Part shown: in pieces, positions 44,095-58,992 of the stretch
Numbering within the stretch: the stretch's first letter is position 1
How the letters are laid out: each line of letters begins with the position of its first letter
NCBI GenBank assembly: GCA_950097015.1
Contig: CATNEN010000034.1
Span: forward strand, 5,084,001 to 5,148,000
DNA from: Macrostomum hystrix
Taxonomy: Eukaryota > Animalia > Platyhelminthes
Length of the DNA: 64,000 bases
Direction of reading: 5' to 3'
Position numbers and translations under genes: made by a program
The notes under the pieces: generated by a model
What the model saw: only the letters and a program-made list of their open reading frames with translations
Database searches by the model: none
Told to the model about the DNA's origin: nothing

Positions 44095-47000
44095 CCATGC
44101 CTCATCTCTCATACCAACCCCGTCTCATCTCTCATACCAACCATGTCTCATCTCTCATACCAACCCCGTCTCATCTCTCATACCAACCATGTCTCATCTC
44201 TCATACCAACCCCGTCTCATCTCTCATACCAACCATGTCTCATCTCTCATACCAACCATGTCTCATCTCTCATACCAACCATGTCTCATCTCTTATATCA
44301 ACCATGTCTCATCTCTCATATCAACCATGTCTCATCTCTCATATCAACCATGTCTCATCTCTCATATCAACCATGTCTCATCTCTCATACCAACCCCGTC
44401 TCATCTCTCATACCAACCATGTCTCATCTCTCATATCAACCATGTCTCATCTCTCAAATCAACCATGTCTCATCTCTCATACCAACCCCGTCTCATCTCT
44501 CATACCAACCATGTCTCATCTCTCATACCAACCCCGTCTCATCTCTCATACCAACCATGTCTCATCTCTCATACCAACCATGTCTCATCTCTTATATCAA
44601 CCATGTCTCATCTCTCATATCAACCATGTCTCAACTCTTATATCAACCATGTCTCATCTCTCATATCAACCATGTCTCATCTCTCATATCAACCATGTCT
44701 CATCTCTCATATCAACCATGTCTCATCTCTCATATCAACCATGTCTCATCTCTCATATCAACCATGTCTCAACTCTCATATCAACCATGTCTCATCTCTC
44801 ATATCAACCATGTCTCATCTCTCATATCAACCATGTCTCATCTCTCATATCAACCATGTCTCATCTCTCATCTCTCATATCAACCATGTCTCATCTCTCA
44901 TACCAACCCCGTCTCATCTCTCATACCAACCATGTCTCATCTCTCATATCAACCATGTCTCATCTCTCATACCAACCCCGTCTCATCTCTCATACCAACC
45001 ATGTCTCATCTCTCATATCAACCATGTCTCATCTCTCATACCAACCATGTCTCATCTCTCATATCAACCATGTCTCATCTCTCATATCAACCATGTCTCA
45101 TCTCTCATACCAACCATGTCTCATCTCTCATATCAACCATGTCTCATCTCTCATATCAACCATGTCTCATCTCTCATACCAACCCCGTCTCATCTCTCAT
45201 ACCAACCATGTCTCATCTCTCATATCAACCATGTCTCATCTCTCATACCAACCATGTCTCATCTCTCATATCAACCATGTCTCATCTCTCATATCAACCA
45301 TGTCTCATCTCTCATACCAACCCCGTCTCATCTCTCATACCAACCATGTCTCATCTCTCATATCAACCATGTCTCATCTCTCATACCAACCCCGTCTCAT
45401 CTCTCATACCAACCATGTCTCATCTCTCATATCAACCCCGTCTCATCTCTCATATCAACCATGTCTCATCTCTCAAATCAACCCCGTCTCATCTCTCAAA
45501 TCAACCATGTCTCATCTCTCATATCAACCATGTCTCATCTCTCATACCAACCATGTCTCATCTCTCATATCAACCATGTCTCATCTCTCATATCAACCAT
45601 GTCTCATCTCTCATATCAACCATGTCTCATCTCTCATATCAACCATGTCTCATCTCTCATATCAACCATGTCTCATCTCTTATATCAACCATGTCTCATC
45701 TCTCATATCAACCATGTCTCATCTCTCAAATCAACCATGTCTCATCTCTCATACCAACCATCTCTCATCTCTCATATCAACCACGTCTCATCTCTCATAC
45801 CAACCCCGTCTCATCTCTTATATCAACCCCGTCTCATCTCTCATACCAACCCCGTCTCATCTCTCATACCAACCATCTCTCATCTCTCATATCAACCACG
45901 TCTCATCTCTCATATCAACCATGTCTCATCTCTCATATCAACCATGTCTCATCTCTCAAATCAACCATGTCTCATATCAACCATGTCTCATCTCTCAAAT
46001 CAACCACGTCTCATCTCTCATATCAACCACGTCTCATCTGTCATACCAACCATGTCTCATCTCTCATATCAACCATGTCTCATCTCTCATATCAACCATG
46101 TCTCATCTCTCATATCAAGCCATGGCCTCCATCTCTCATATCAACCACGTCTCATCTCTCATATCAACCATGTCTCATCTCTCATATCAACCATGTCTCA
46201 TCTCTCATATCAACCATGTCTCATCTCTCATATCAACCATGTCTCATCTCTCATATCAACCATGTCTCATCTCTCAAATCAACCATGTCTCATCTCTCAT
46301 ATCAACCATGTCTCATCTCTCATATCAACCATGTCTCAACTCTCATATCAACCATGTCTCATCTCTCATATCAACCATGTCTCATCTCTCAAATCAACCA
46401 TGTGTCATCTCTCATATCAACCATGTCTCATCTCTCATCTCTCATATCAACCATGTCTCATCTCTCATCTCTCATATCAACCATGTCTCATCTCTCATAT
46501 CAACCATGTCTCATCTCTCATATCAACCATGTCTCATCTCTCATCTCTCATATCAACCATGTCTCATCTCTCAAATCAACCATGTCTCATCTCTCATATC
46601 AACCATGTCTCATCTCTCATATCAACCATGTCTCATCTCTCATACCAACCCCGTCTCATCTCTCATACCAACCATGTCTCATCTCTCATACCAACCCCGT
46701 CTCATCTCTCATACCAACCATGTCTCATCTCTCATATCAACCCCGTCTCATCTCTCATACCAACCATGTCTCATCTCTCATATCAACCATGTCTCATCTC
46801 TCATATCAACCATGTCTCATCTCTCATATCAACCATGTCTCATCTCTCATATCAACCATGTCTCATCTCTCATATCAACCATGTCTCATCTCTCATATCA
46901 ACCATGTCTCATCTCTCATATCAACCATGTCTCATCTCTCATATCAACCATGTCTCATCTCTCATATCAACCATGTCTCATCTCTCATATCAACCATGTC

Positions 47001-49500
47001 TCATCTCTCATATCAACCATGTCTCATCTCTCATATCAACCATGTCTCATCTCTCATATCAACCATGTCTCATCTCTCATATCAACCATGTCTCATCTCT
47101 CATATCAACCATGTCTAATCTCTTATATCAACCATGTCTCATCTCTCATATCAACCATGTCTCATCTCTCATATCAACCATGTCTCATCTCTCATATCAA
47201 CCATGTCTCATCTCTTATATCAACCATGTCTCATCTCTCATATCAACCATCTCTCATCTCTCATACCAACCATGTCTCATCTCTCATATCAACCATCTCT
47301 CATCTCTCATATCAACCATGTCTCATCTCTCATATCAACCATGTCTCATCTCTTATATCAACCATGTCTCATCTCTCATATCAACCATGTCTCATCTCTC
47401 ATCTCTCATATCAACCATGTCTCATCTCTCATATCAACCACGTCTCATCTCTCATATCAACCACGTCTCATCTCTCATATCAACCATGTCTCATCTCTCA
47501 TATCAACCATGTCTCATCTCTTATATCAACCATGTCTCATCTCTTATATCAACCATGTCTCATCTCTTATATCAACCATGTCTCATCTCTTATATCAACC
47601 ACGTCTCATCTGTCATATCAACCATGTCTCATCTCTTATATCAACCACGTCTCATCTCTCATATCAACCATGTCTCATCTCTCATATCAACCATGTCTCA
47701 TCTCTTATATCAACCATGTCTCATCTCTCATATCAACCATGTCTCATCTCTTATATCAACCATGTCTCATCTCTCATATCAACCATGTCTCATCTCTCAT
47801 ATCAACCACGTCTCATCTCTCATATCAACCATGTCTCATCTCTCATATCAACCATGTCTCATCTCTCATACCAACCATGTCTCATCTCTCATACCAACCC
47901 CGTCTCATCTCTCATACCAACCATGTCTCATCTCTCATATCAACCATGTCTCATCTCTCATATCAACCCCGTCTCATGTCTCATCTCTCATACCAACCCC
48001 GTCTCATCTCTCATATCAACCACGTCTCATCTCTCATATCAACCATGTCTCATCTCTCATATCAACCATGTCTCATCTCTTATATCAACCATGTCTCATC
48101 TCTTATATCAACCACGTCTCATCTGTCATATCAACCATGTCTCATCTCTCATATCAACCATGTCTCAACTCTCATATCAACCATGTCTCAACTCTCATAT
48201 CAACCATGTCTCATCTCTCATATCAACCATGTCTCATCTCTCATATCAACCATGTCTCATCTCTCATCTCTCATATCAACCATGTCTCATCTCTCATATC
48301 AACCATGTCTCATCTCTCATATCAACCATGTCTCAACTCTCATATCAACCATGTCTCATCTCTCATATCAACCATGTCTCATCTCTCATATCAACCATGT
48401 CTCATCTCTCATATCCACCATGTCTCATCTCTCATCTCTCATATCAACCATGTCTCAACTCTCATATCAACCATGTCTCATCTCTCATATCAACCACGTC
48501 TCATCTCTCATATCAACCATGTCTCATCTCTCATATCAACCATGTCTCATCTCTCATATCAACCATGTCTCATCTCTCATATCAACCATGTCTCATCTCT
48601 CATCTCTCATATCAACCATGTCTCATCTCTCATATCAACCATGTCTCATCTCTCTTATCAACCCCGTCTCATGTCTCATCTCTCATACCAACCCCGTCTC
48701 ATCTCTCATATCAACCACGTCTCATCTCTCATATCAACCATGTCTCATCTCTCATATCAACCATGTCTCATCTCTCATATCAACCATGTCTCATCTCTTA
48801 TATCAACCACGTCTCATCTGTCATATCAACCATGTCTCATCTCTCATATCAACCATGTCTCAACTCTCATATCAACCATGTCTCAACTCTCATATCAACC
48901 ATGTCTCATCTCTCATATCAACCATGTCTCATCTCTCATATCAACCATGTCTCATCTCTCATCTCTCATATCAACCATGTCTCATCTCTCATATCAACCA
49001 TGTCTCATCTCTCATATCAACCATGTCTCAACTCTCATATCAACCATGTCTCATCTCTCATATCAACCATGTCTCATCTCTCATATCAACCATGTCTCAT
49101 CTCTCATATCAACCATGTCTCATCTCTCATATCAACCATGTCTCATCTCTCATCTCTCATATCAACCATGTCTCATCTCTCATATCAACCATGTCTCATC
49201 TCTCATCTCTCATATCAACCATGTCTCATCTCTCATATCAACCATGTCTCATCTCTCATATCAACCCCGTCTCATCTCTCATATCAACCATGTCTCGTCT
49301 CTCATATCAACCATGTCTCATCTCTCATATCAACCATGTCTCATCTCTCATATCAACCATGTCTCATCTCTCATACCAACCATGTCTCATCTCTTAAATC
49401 ATCCATGTCTCAACTCTCATATCAACCATGTCTCATCTCTTATATCAATCCCGTCTCATCTCTCACACTAACCCGTCTCATCTCTCACACCAACCCGTCT
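44095..49500. repeat. 23-bp satellite CATCTCTCATATCAACCATGTCT, about 5.4 kb
   Basis: Read directly; source of the 800-1800 aa pseudo-ORFs. Confidence 0.97.
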
Positions 49501-50169
49501 CATTTCTCATATCACATGTCTCTTCTTCTCTAGCTCGCCTGTCCATTCTGCTCTTTCCTGTGCTGTCTCATCTCTCTGGACTCTACATTCTCCCCACTAC
49601 ACTCAATGTCTTCCGTGTCCTATGCCAGTGAATTTGATAAAATACTGAGCAGAATGCTCCACTCCAGAACAAGAGTAATTTGTCAACATTTGTAACAATA
49701 GGTTTGTAATACATTAACTAGAGTTCATATCGGGTATATTTTGCGTAACGAAGAGACGTCTAATAATTATTAAAGCTAATTGCATAATTAGAAGTGCGAA
49801 TTTTCTAGGTAAAGGTGCATTGTAATCAATAAAATGAATTGCTAATTATTGTAATGGAAGAGTGCGGTATATTGTTATATAAGATAAAAGTTAATGAAAA
49901 TTTGCTTCTTTTCTTCAAAGCTATTTATTTTCAGCAGGCACAAGTAGATATGTACACAACAAAAAGCTCAATGATTTAACAAACGCGAGAATGTCATTTC
50001 CTAAAATCGCATAAACATCAATTTGACACTGCTGTTAACAAAAAATACGGTAAAAACGTAAATTGGAACAGGTAAATTATAAAAAACTCGAGATTAGCAC
50101 ATTTTAAAGGGCTTTCGAAACAGCTTTATGTGCCATATATTTAGTTTTGATATGCTCGATACATAAAAG

Positions 50170-50600
50170 TTCCAAAGACTGGAACGTACATTGAGGTAAA
50201 GAGGTGGATGGTTGGAACGTACATTGGGGTGGAGAGGTGGATGGTTGGAACGTACATTGGGGTGGAGAGGTGGATGGTTGGAACGTACATTGGGGTGGAG
50301 ACGTGGATGTTTGGAACGTATATTGGGGTGAAGAGGTTGATGATTGGAACGTACATTGGGGAAGCAGATGTGGATGTTTGGAGCGTACATTGGGGATGGA
50401 GAGGTGGATGGTTGGGACGTACATTGGGGATGGAGAGGTGGATGGTTGGGACGTACATTGGGGATGGAGAGGTGGATGGTTGGGACGTACATTGGGGATG
50501 GAGAGGTGGATGGTTGGGACGTACATTGGGGATGGAGAGGTGGATGGTTGGGACGTACATTGGGGATGGAGAGGTGGATGGTTGGAACGTACATTGAGGT
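50170..50600. repeat. 33-34-bp minisatellite GTACATTGGGGATGGAGAGGTGGATGGTTGGGAC; degenerate relative at about 51495-51655
   Basis: Read directly. Confidence 0.9.
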
Positions 50601-51791
50601 GGAGAAGTTTGTGGCTGAATTGTACATTTGGCTGATGAAGGGTTGCAATGAGGTACTATTGGTAGGTATATATTAGTGGCGCGGTTGGTTGGCTAAAATT
50701 ACATTGTGGTCGAAGATGTTTGACTATTTGAAATGGTTGTTTTAGGTTGGAACCTAGAATAACTGATTTGTGAAACTGCGAGACTTGCTGGATTGATATT
50801 GTCACTGTAGTCTGGGGTGCACAAGAGCCACACATAGATAATTAGCATGCTGTCCACTCAATTGGCTAGCAACTAAAATGTGACAGGAAATCTGCAGGCC
50901 GGATCGTACCTCATCTTGGCAACGGCCTAAAAGTCTTCTGTCGTCACGTAGTGCAAAAAAACAGGAAAGACAGAAAACTTAATTAGCATAAATTCACGGC
51001 GAAAGAAGATGCGTATGCTTTTTAAAGAAAATCGCGTTAAATTAAGTACACGCGAAGCATTCAAAAGGTGAGACAGTTGTTTAAAGTAAAAAACTAAACA
51101 TGAAGAAATCCTCCTCTCCTTATCATAGCCTTTGTCTAAGAATAGGAAGAAACTAATGTTAAAATAAACACCCTTTAAAAATGTTTACAGAAATAAATAG
51201 TGGAAAATAAGATAGTGTAGGATCGGCGCGACATAGTCTGAAAAAAGCATTGGCAAAATTGGTTTAATTTGGGAAGCAAATTAAACATGTCAAAACTAGT
51301 AAATTTCAGCCAGATCAGATTGACTGTAGGATATACAAAGACAGCCCGAAAACAAATGCTTCCTCAGCAAAGAAGCACCAAAGCGTCGAAACGCGACACA
51401 AAAAGCCAAGACTAATTCTCTCATTTATCCTTGGGTGTCCTCCGTTGTGTTAAAATTTGACAAGTTCTTGATTGGCGTATTGTGGTTGGCAGGAGATCGT
51501 ACATTGAGATGGATGGGGGGGTTTTGAGAGTACATTGTAGCGGATGGGTCTTTCGTGAGAGTGTTAATCGATATGGATGGGGTTGTCGGGAGAGTACATT
51601 GTGGTGGATGGGGTTGTTGGGAGAGTACATTGAGATGGATGGGTTTATCGGGAGTGTTTTTTGACATAAAAATGGATATTTCGTACTAAGAGAGTTAATC
51701 AAGGTGTACAATACATTTTTGCCACATACCTTACTGGAACATGTACATGCACTAGCTGCTAAAATATACTACAAAGAACAGAACCAAAATC

Positions 51792-54700
51792 TTATAGTAA
51801 CGATTTAGCCGACATTTCGGCTATCGCAGCTGTACGCCTGACATCAACTTCAAGATACTGTATTAGGCCGGCGTTGCCAACACCGCCAGCTAACCTGCCG
51901 CTGTTGCCTCTAAACGGGTTTGTATTTGCGCCAGTCGGCATAGCAATCTGTAGGCCGTTAATATCGATCTGCGCATAATCAAGTACCTGCAGCAATTGCA
52001 ATTATTGGGGAGGCTAATTGATTAAAACTATTTAGTAATGATAACTTAATTACATTTAATTAGGTGGATAAAAAATCAGAAATACAAAAATGTATTATTA
52101 TTAAGTACCACTGCAAGCCAATTTAGAAAAAAGGACAGATTAACTAATAAATTATATGCTATTATTTATTAATGAGCCCTACAAATACATATAGTGTCAG
52201 GTAATAATGAGAAGCAACTTCAAAATGTTTCTTTATATATTAAAAATTTGGTTAAAAGAGGAAAAATTATGATTAATGCTGCTTTGTAATGCCATTCTTA
52301 ATTATTTAAATAAAGAAGCTACTTACACCAAGCATTTATTAGCGAACAGAGAGAACGGAGTCACTTTATATCATAATAAAAATGGACTAAAAACGCTGCG
52401 AATTATAATCTCTCTGCGAACTATCAGGATGTCGGCTGCAACAAATAAAATCAGGACGAGTTTTGTGATAAAGAGCACTTCTTTTAGTAGATACACAGCT
52501 TAGATTCTGACTATGCCTGTAGCTTCGATTCTAGCAATGCCTCTAGCTTCGATTCTGACTGCCTCTAGCTTCGATTCTAGCTTTTTCTAGCATCGATTCC
52601 AGCTGTCTCTAGCTTCGATTCTAGCCTTTTCTAGCTTTGATTCTGACTGTCTCTATCTTCGATTCTAGCTTTTTCTAGCTTCGATTCCAGCTGTCTCTAG
52701 CTTCGATTCTAGCTTTTTCTAGCTCCGATTCCAGCTCCGATTCCATCTGTCTCTACTTCGATTCTAGCTTTTTCTAGCTTCGATTTCAGCTGTCTCTAAC
52801 TTCGAATCTGGCTGTCTCTAGCTTCGATTCTAGCTTTTTCTAGCTCCGAATTTAGCTGTCTCTAGCTTCGATTTTAGCTCCGATTCCAGCTGTCTCTAGC
52901 TTCGATTCTAGCTTTTTCTAGCTCCGAATTTAGCTGTCTCTAGCTTAGATTCTAGCTTTTTCTAGCTTAAACTCTAGCTTTTTCTAGCTCCGAATTTAGC
53001 TGTCTCTAGCTATGATTCTAGCTTTTTCTAGCTCCGATTCCAGCTGTCCTTATTTTCGGTTCTAGCTGTCTCAAGCTCCAATTCATTTTACGGCTCCTGC
53101 TTCGATTTCGGATAAGGTTACGGCTAATATATATCCTGATTCCGCCAACTTCAGTTTCTTTGATTGCACAAAATAAGCTTCTGCCCAACGATTAAAAAAT
53201 AGGAATTGAATTAACTTTAATTGAAAAGCATGCATTAACTAATATGTATGTAATTAAGGCTCTAAGTACTAAACGCGCTAGATTGCTTACCGATCGGCCA
53301 GTGAGCCTCGCTTGACTTTCCGTATTAGACGTGGCAACAGCAGCATCAACGGTGCTATTATTATCAGTGCTAGTATTGTCGTCCGTCCCGGCATCGTCGG
53401 AGTCCTCCTCTTCGTCGGAGTCGGCCAACGATGACTCCGAGGCAGCCAGAGCGGCTGGTTTGCCAGTTTTGCCTGCCGCAGCGGACTCGCCTCGATCGCT
53501 TCGACGCCTAGGCAGCAGCAGAGGCTCGGGTTCGTCTATGGACTCTGGGACAGCAGCCGGCGTTGACGACTGCTGTTGAATAGGCTCAGGCTGATGCCGC
53601 GGCTGAGGCTGCGGCTGCGGAGCACGCGATGGCGACGGCGACTGGGTGCGGCGAAGCGAATAGACGCGCGACAGCTTGGTGACGTTAATGTAGTCGACGC
53701 CGCCACCGCCGACGTCACTGGAGCCGTTTTCACTTTCACCGCCGCCCCGACGAGACGGAACTGGCGGCGCAAGCGGCGGGGTCTGCTGCTGTCTAACATT
53801 GGCACTCTTAACGCCGCCAGAATGAATACTATTGCTACTATTGTTATTGTTATTGAAGAACTCAATACGATCCACGCTGACCCTGGTGCTTGTATTGGCC
53901 AGGTTGATGTATTGACTGGCGTCAGGGTCGGCGCGACTAGCAGTAGCTGACTGCTGCTGCTGTTGCTGTGGTGGCAGCCGGTAAGCGTCTTCGTCAGTGC
54001 TTGCCGGAGCGTTTCCAGTCAGCGGTGGAGGCAATCGATAATCGTCTTCAGCGAATTCGGGGTGATCAGACGCAACAGGCGGCAATCGATACTCATCTTC
54101 ACCAGTTTTATATAAACTTTGGCCCGTAGCATGAGGTGGCGGCAATCGATAATCGTCCTCGTCTGTTCTAGGAGGCATGCGATAATCATCTTCGTTGCTA
54201 GGGTTACCGCCTCCTCTAGCAACCGTTGGAGGCATGCGATAATCGTCTTCAGGCGCCTGGGCAGTTGGTCGTCTGATCGAAGAATTTAACGGGAATCGAC
54301 CGGTTGAGGCGTGGAGCGATCTGTAAAAAAGAAACACAGATTTCTCTTTGGTATGCTTTATTAAATAACTCGAGATTCTGGTTTAGAAACCCGCTGTTAA
54401 TCCATTGATTGTATCTTAGAAATGCCGCTTTAAATCCATTGATTGTAGCTCAGAAATCCCATTGAAAATCCATTGATTGTATCTTAGAAATGCCGCTGTA
54501 AATCCATTGATTGAAGCTCAGAAATCCCATTGAAAATCCATTGATTGTATCTTAGAAATGCCGCTTTAAATCCATTGATTGTAGCTCAGAACTCCCATTG
54601 AAAATCCATTGATTGTATCTTAGAAATGCCGCTGTAAATCCATTGATTGTAGCTCAGAAATGCCGCTTTAAATCCATTGATTGTAGCTCAGAAATCCCAT

Positions 54701-55934
54701 TGAAAATCCATTGATTGTATCTTAGAAATTCCGCTGTAAATCCATTGATTGTAGCTCAGAAATCCCATTGAAAATCCATTGATTGTATCTTAGAAATGCC
54801 GCTGAAAATCCATTGATTGTAGCTCAGAAATCCCATTGAAAATCCATTGATTGTATCTTAGAAATGCCGCTGTAAATCCATTGATTGTAGCTCAGAAATG
54901 CCGCTTTAAATCCATTGATTGTAGCTCAGAAATCCCATTGAAAATCCATTGATTGTATCTTAGAAATTCCGCTGTAAATCCATTGATTGTAGCTCAGAAA
55001 TCCCATTGAAAATCCATTGATTGTATCTTAGAAATGCCGCTGAAAATCCATTGATTGTAGCTCAGAAATCCCATTGAAAATCCATTGATTGTATCTTAGA
55101 AATGCCGCTGAAAATCCATTGATTGTAGCTCAGAAATCCCATTGAAAATCCATTAGTTTACAGTTATTTATAAAAGAGTAAAGACCAAATTCTAGGCGAT
55201 AAATAATTTAGGCAATATCGCGAGTCTAGTCCCACATTTCTTACCTGATAGTGCCATCGATGCTATCGCCTGGAATGTAGCGACCAGACGGTGAAAGCAT
55301 GTTTTGGGAGAGCGGCTGCAATTGCTGCACGTGTTGAAATGAGGCACCAAATAGAGGAGGAAATTGTCCTGAATAGGAGGGATCGATAGTGCTATCATTT
55401 ATCCCGGACAGATCGTCTTCGCCAAGTCCGCACGCGTTGCTCAGATGGCTGACCCAGCGCTCCATTTGAGTACTGCTCTCTGGCAGGAAATAGTAGGTGC
55501 GCATCTGCCTGCGGTGGACAGTCTCCAGCAGGAAGAATGGCGTCTGATCGGCTGGGGCGCGGAGAAGCCTAGGCTGCAGCTTGTTCAACAGATATGTTGG
55601 CGGAATTACGTGAGTAGTGATGTTATTGGCGTGCTCCAAATCCACCCGGCCCTTGCGCTTAGTCTGCAGTTCGTCTTCATAATAGGTCAATAGGTAGTTG
55701 CTAGAGCGGTCTTCAGTTCTGATGCAGCTTAGTACGAAATAGCGACGCCGCCAGCGCTATAAAAAATGAGGAAATTGTATCATTGGTGCAATAATACTAA
55801 TTGATGACAATGCACTTTAGACTCACTGGTTGAAGTGGCTGTGGTCTACGGAAAATGCTGGAACCACCAACAGATGGTTGAAATGGTGGCGATTTAACTA
55901 GCCAGCCCTTGAATAATGTCTCTCTCTGGTCCAT
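51792..55934 (-). CDS. gab: Gab/DOS family PH-domain docking protein, 614 aa; complement join(55827..55934,55245..55756,53291..54320,51792..51986)
   Basis: N-terminal PH domain with Gab signature FKGWLVKSPP...RWRRRYFVL...RTYYFLPESSTQMERWVSHLSNACGL; PPVPSRR SH3 ligand; C-terminal tandem tyrosines LDYAQI and IQYLEVDVRRTAAI (cf. Gab1 VDYVVVDQQKTLAL). GT-AG junctions phase-consistent (0,2,0). An extra exon between 53290 and 51987 cannot be excluded. Confidence 0.88.
52505..53110. repeat. Degenerate TCTAGCTTCGATTCTAGCTTTT-type minisatellite (gab last intron)
   Basis: Read directly. Confidence 0.9.
54395..55155. repeat. Higher-order repeat of two alternating 32-33-bp monomers (AAATCCATTGATTGTAGCTCAGAAATCCCATTG / AAATCCATTGATTGTATCTTAGAAATGCCGCTGT), gab intron 2
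   Basis: Read directly. Confidence 0.93.
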
Positions 55935-58900
55935 TGTGCCAGGTCGAGCTGCTGCTTGGGCAGAGGTGCAGCTAAATAAGTTGGCCAGTTGAAACAGTGG
56001 TTTGGTATAATGGGCTGAAACAAAGCAAATAAATTGTTAAGCTACTATAATACTTTAATTTTGTCATGGAAACTGATTTAGGAACAACTAAAAAATATTT
56101 TGAATAATATATGAGACAAAATATTTGTAACTCATTTTGAGATATACAGCTACCACAACTGAACTGAAATTTCTACAGTTTCAGTGAATTTCACAAATGT
56201 AAAAAATTGTTAATATTAAAAATTAAAAAAGAACAACCTTAGACAGAAAAAAAACAAATTACTTTTTATGAGTTATTATAACCTTTACTAAGGATGTAAA
56301 GGACTGGCTAAAAACATAGACTAGATACATTACAATAACATTGCTATTCTTTAGTACATTTGGAACTAAATTTTCATTATTCAAATACTTATTATATACT
56401 TTTAAACTGTATAGTAAATACCTAGGTTAAAACAAACATGACAACTTAAAAATACCATATGCATAATAAAATAAGCATGCATGAATAAGCATGACAAGCA
56501 TTATAAACTTTATATAATAAAAAATGACATTAAATTGGTGATCCCTATTGCCTAGCTACACTAACAATGGTTCAAGAAAATATATAGTTGCTGCCATGCT
56601 ACTAGACACTTGACAGGCCATTGACTTGGCCAGCAACAACAGTGAGACAATGTGCATGATTAGTAATACTCTTTTTACAAAAAAACAATAGGCCTAAGCA
56701 GCATATTTACAATTCAATTACTTGACATTGTCATTGACATTAGGCCTATCAATAGCCTATCAACATATATTTCAGAAACAGCATAAATAGCTTAAAATCA
56801 ACTACTTTATCTAATCCAAATAATAAATTTGAACTTAGATATCATAAAATAGCTAAAATAATTGATCAGACATTTTACTTTTTAAGAAAGATTTTTGAGA
56901 ATAAAATGAATAGAACTATAACTGCAATGTTATTTAATAATTAAAAAAGATAGTTATATGACAGCTTAGTTTGATCATAAGTATCTTATCTCAACAGTAT
57001 AGATAACTGCTTCTAAGTTTGATCTAAGGCCCTTAGGAGAAAAAATAGCTTTATTGTGTACAGCCACAGCTCAATGTTACTTTAATTTAAAGAATGTTTT
57101 AAACCAAATAATTTTTTTCATGCCAGTGAAGACATTAAGAGCCTGCTTTCTCGTCCTATTCTTTAGCTTTGTTCAAAAGCAGCGTACATATTTCTTTTTA
57201 GGTGTTTTGTTACTATCTTCCCAGATCTAAGTTCTGATAACTGGTCTATAAATATTCTAGCTAGGCACTACTAGCTAAGTTATTTACTAACTCACTTACA
57301 GTAAACACAGATGTTTTTCACAATGGAACAGGAATTCTGGGAACTGTTAGGACTGGATAAATATTTTTTGGCCCATTTGTTTAAGCAATACTAAGTACCC
57401 AACGTTCAAACTGATGGCGATCGTAAATAGTGGTCATTAGACTCAATCATAATTGCCTTTTAGACTTCGTCAAGCAAGCGGACCAGCAAGCGGAATGCAT
57501 CCTTTATACTTTTTATCCTTAAGTAGTCACTTACAGATAAATACTTTTCAGTTAATAGATACATATACTTCTTTGTCTTCTAGTTCTTTGTCCTTATTAC
57601 TCGCGCCTCTCGGCGAGCTTTCTTCTTTTTATGGGCATTAATAATCTAAAAAACATCCTGCTTTGCTTTAAAATTAAGAATTATTTTTATTATTAATTCT
57701 ATCTAAATGGAGCAAAATGTTGTGGATACATTGTGCGTCACATTCTAAATTTTGTATGCCTGAGAAACCATTGATGTATTGTTAATATGAAGTCTATCCG
57801 GAAAGTTGCAATATCTGATCTACGTGTCTAGAGCAAGGTCCTTGGTCTAGAGTACTACGTATACGCTTGCCTTTATAGAGTACAATGCTTTACATAAAAT
57901 TTAAAAGTTTGCTTTGGAAAGCTAAAGTTTCTGAAATTTGTCATTGATTAGCTGTTTACGAAAACTTTACTGATGTGCGTAATTTAGATTTCCTTGATTT
58001 GCAGCACAAGTATGCTGCAATAATGCGATGTCTTTAAAATTATTCATAAACGGAGGTGGAGCTTTCATAATTTGTCAGGCTTAATTATTAAGTTTTTTTC
58101 GGCTGAGTGAATGGGACAAGGATTTTAAATTTCGTCGATGGGATATTTTAAAAGTGAAACTATTTTGGGAAAGTGAAATCATAGAACCATTTTTGCTGTG
58201 TGTGCAATTCATGACAGAGGATTCACACATGAACGACAATCTATTCATTATTTCTACAAGCCAAAATTGTAAACTTCTACATGGAGCATGGTTAGAGCTT
58301 CGGGCTTCTGATCGAGAGAGAGGAAGCAACTTAATGGTCTATTCTGTAACTTTTTAAATTCCTGCGTCTTTTATCTTTATAACTTCTTTTGCACAAAGCT
58401 TAACTTCCAGATTTTTGTTAGAAATTTGCCTAATGCACCTGAACGGCTTATTTATATAGAATTACATAGAGTACGAGTACATAATACAGAAGTCAAAACG
58501 AATAATCTAAATTGCTTTACTGATCTATAATACAATAATCCCTTTAGCGGCACTACACAGTAAAGTATAGTTTCGGGCTGAATTATTTCATATTCTGTTT
58601 TATGCATACTGAAACAAAAGGAATCAATTGAATGCGATCACGTTAAGCAGGTTGCTTAGATTTTTTACAAAGGCCATTTAAAAAATAAAAATATTGATCA
58701 AGGAGCCAGTCTGTTACCAGAGCCTTATCGGCTCCCGGTAAACCCACAAGCGCATCGGATTGCATTCATTGCGCCTCATTGATAAAATTTTTCTCGCCCA
58801 GTTTCCTTATCGCTGCCTGAACAGAATATTTATTTCCTTTTGTGCGTCATTGCGACATCGCCTTTAAGCCCTATAATTATATGCATCCTCAGGATGTGTA

Positions 58901-58992
58901 GTTTGTGTGTTATCGAAACACCTACGCGTATCGTCTCGTTCTGAAGAAAAGTTGCTCGATTTAGTATTTCATACCTATATTTATACTTGATA

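Noticed and set aside
43930-49533. ORFs of 799-1837 aa in all three + frames
   Set aside because: The 23-bp unit has no stop codon on this strand and 23 is not a multiple of 3, so all frames give the same peptide. Satellite artefact.
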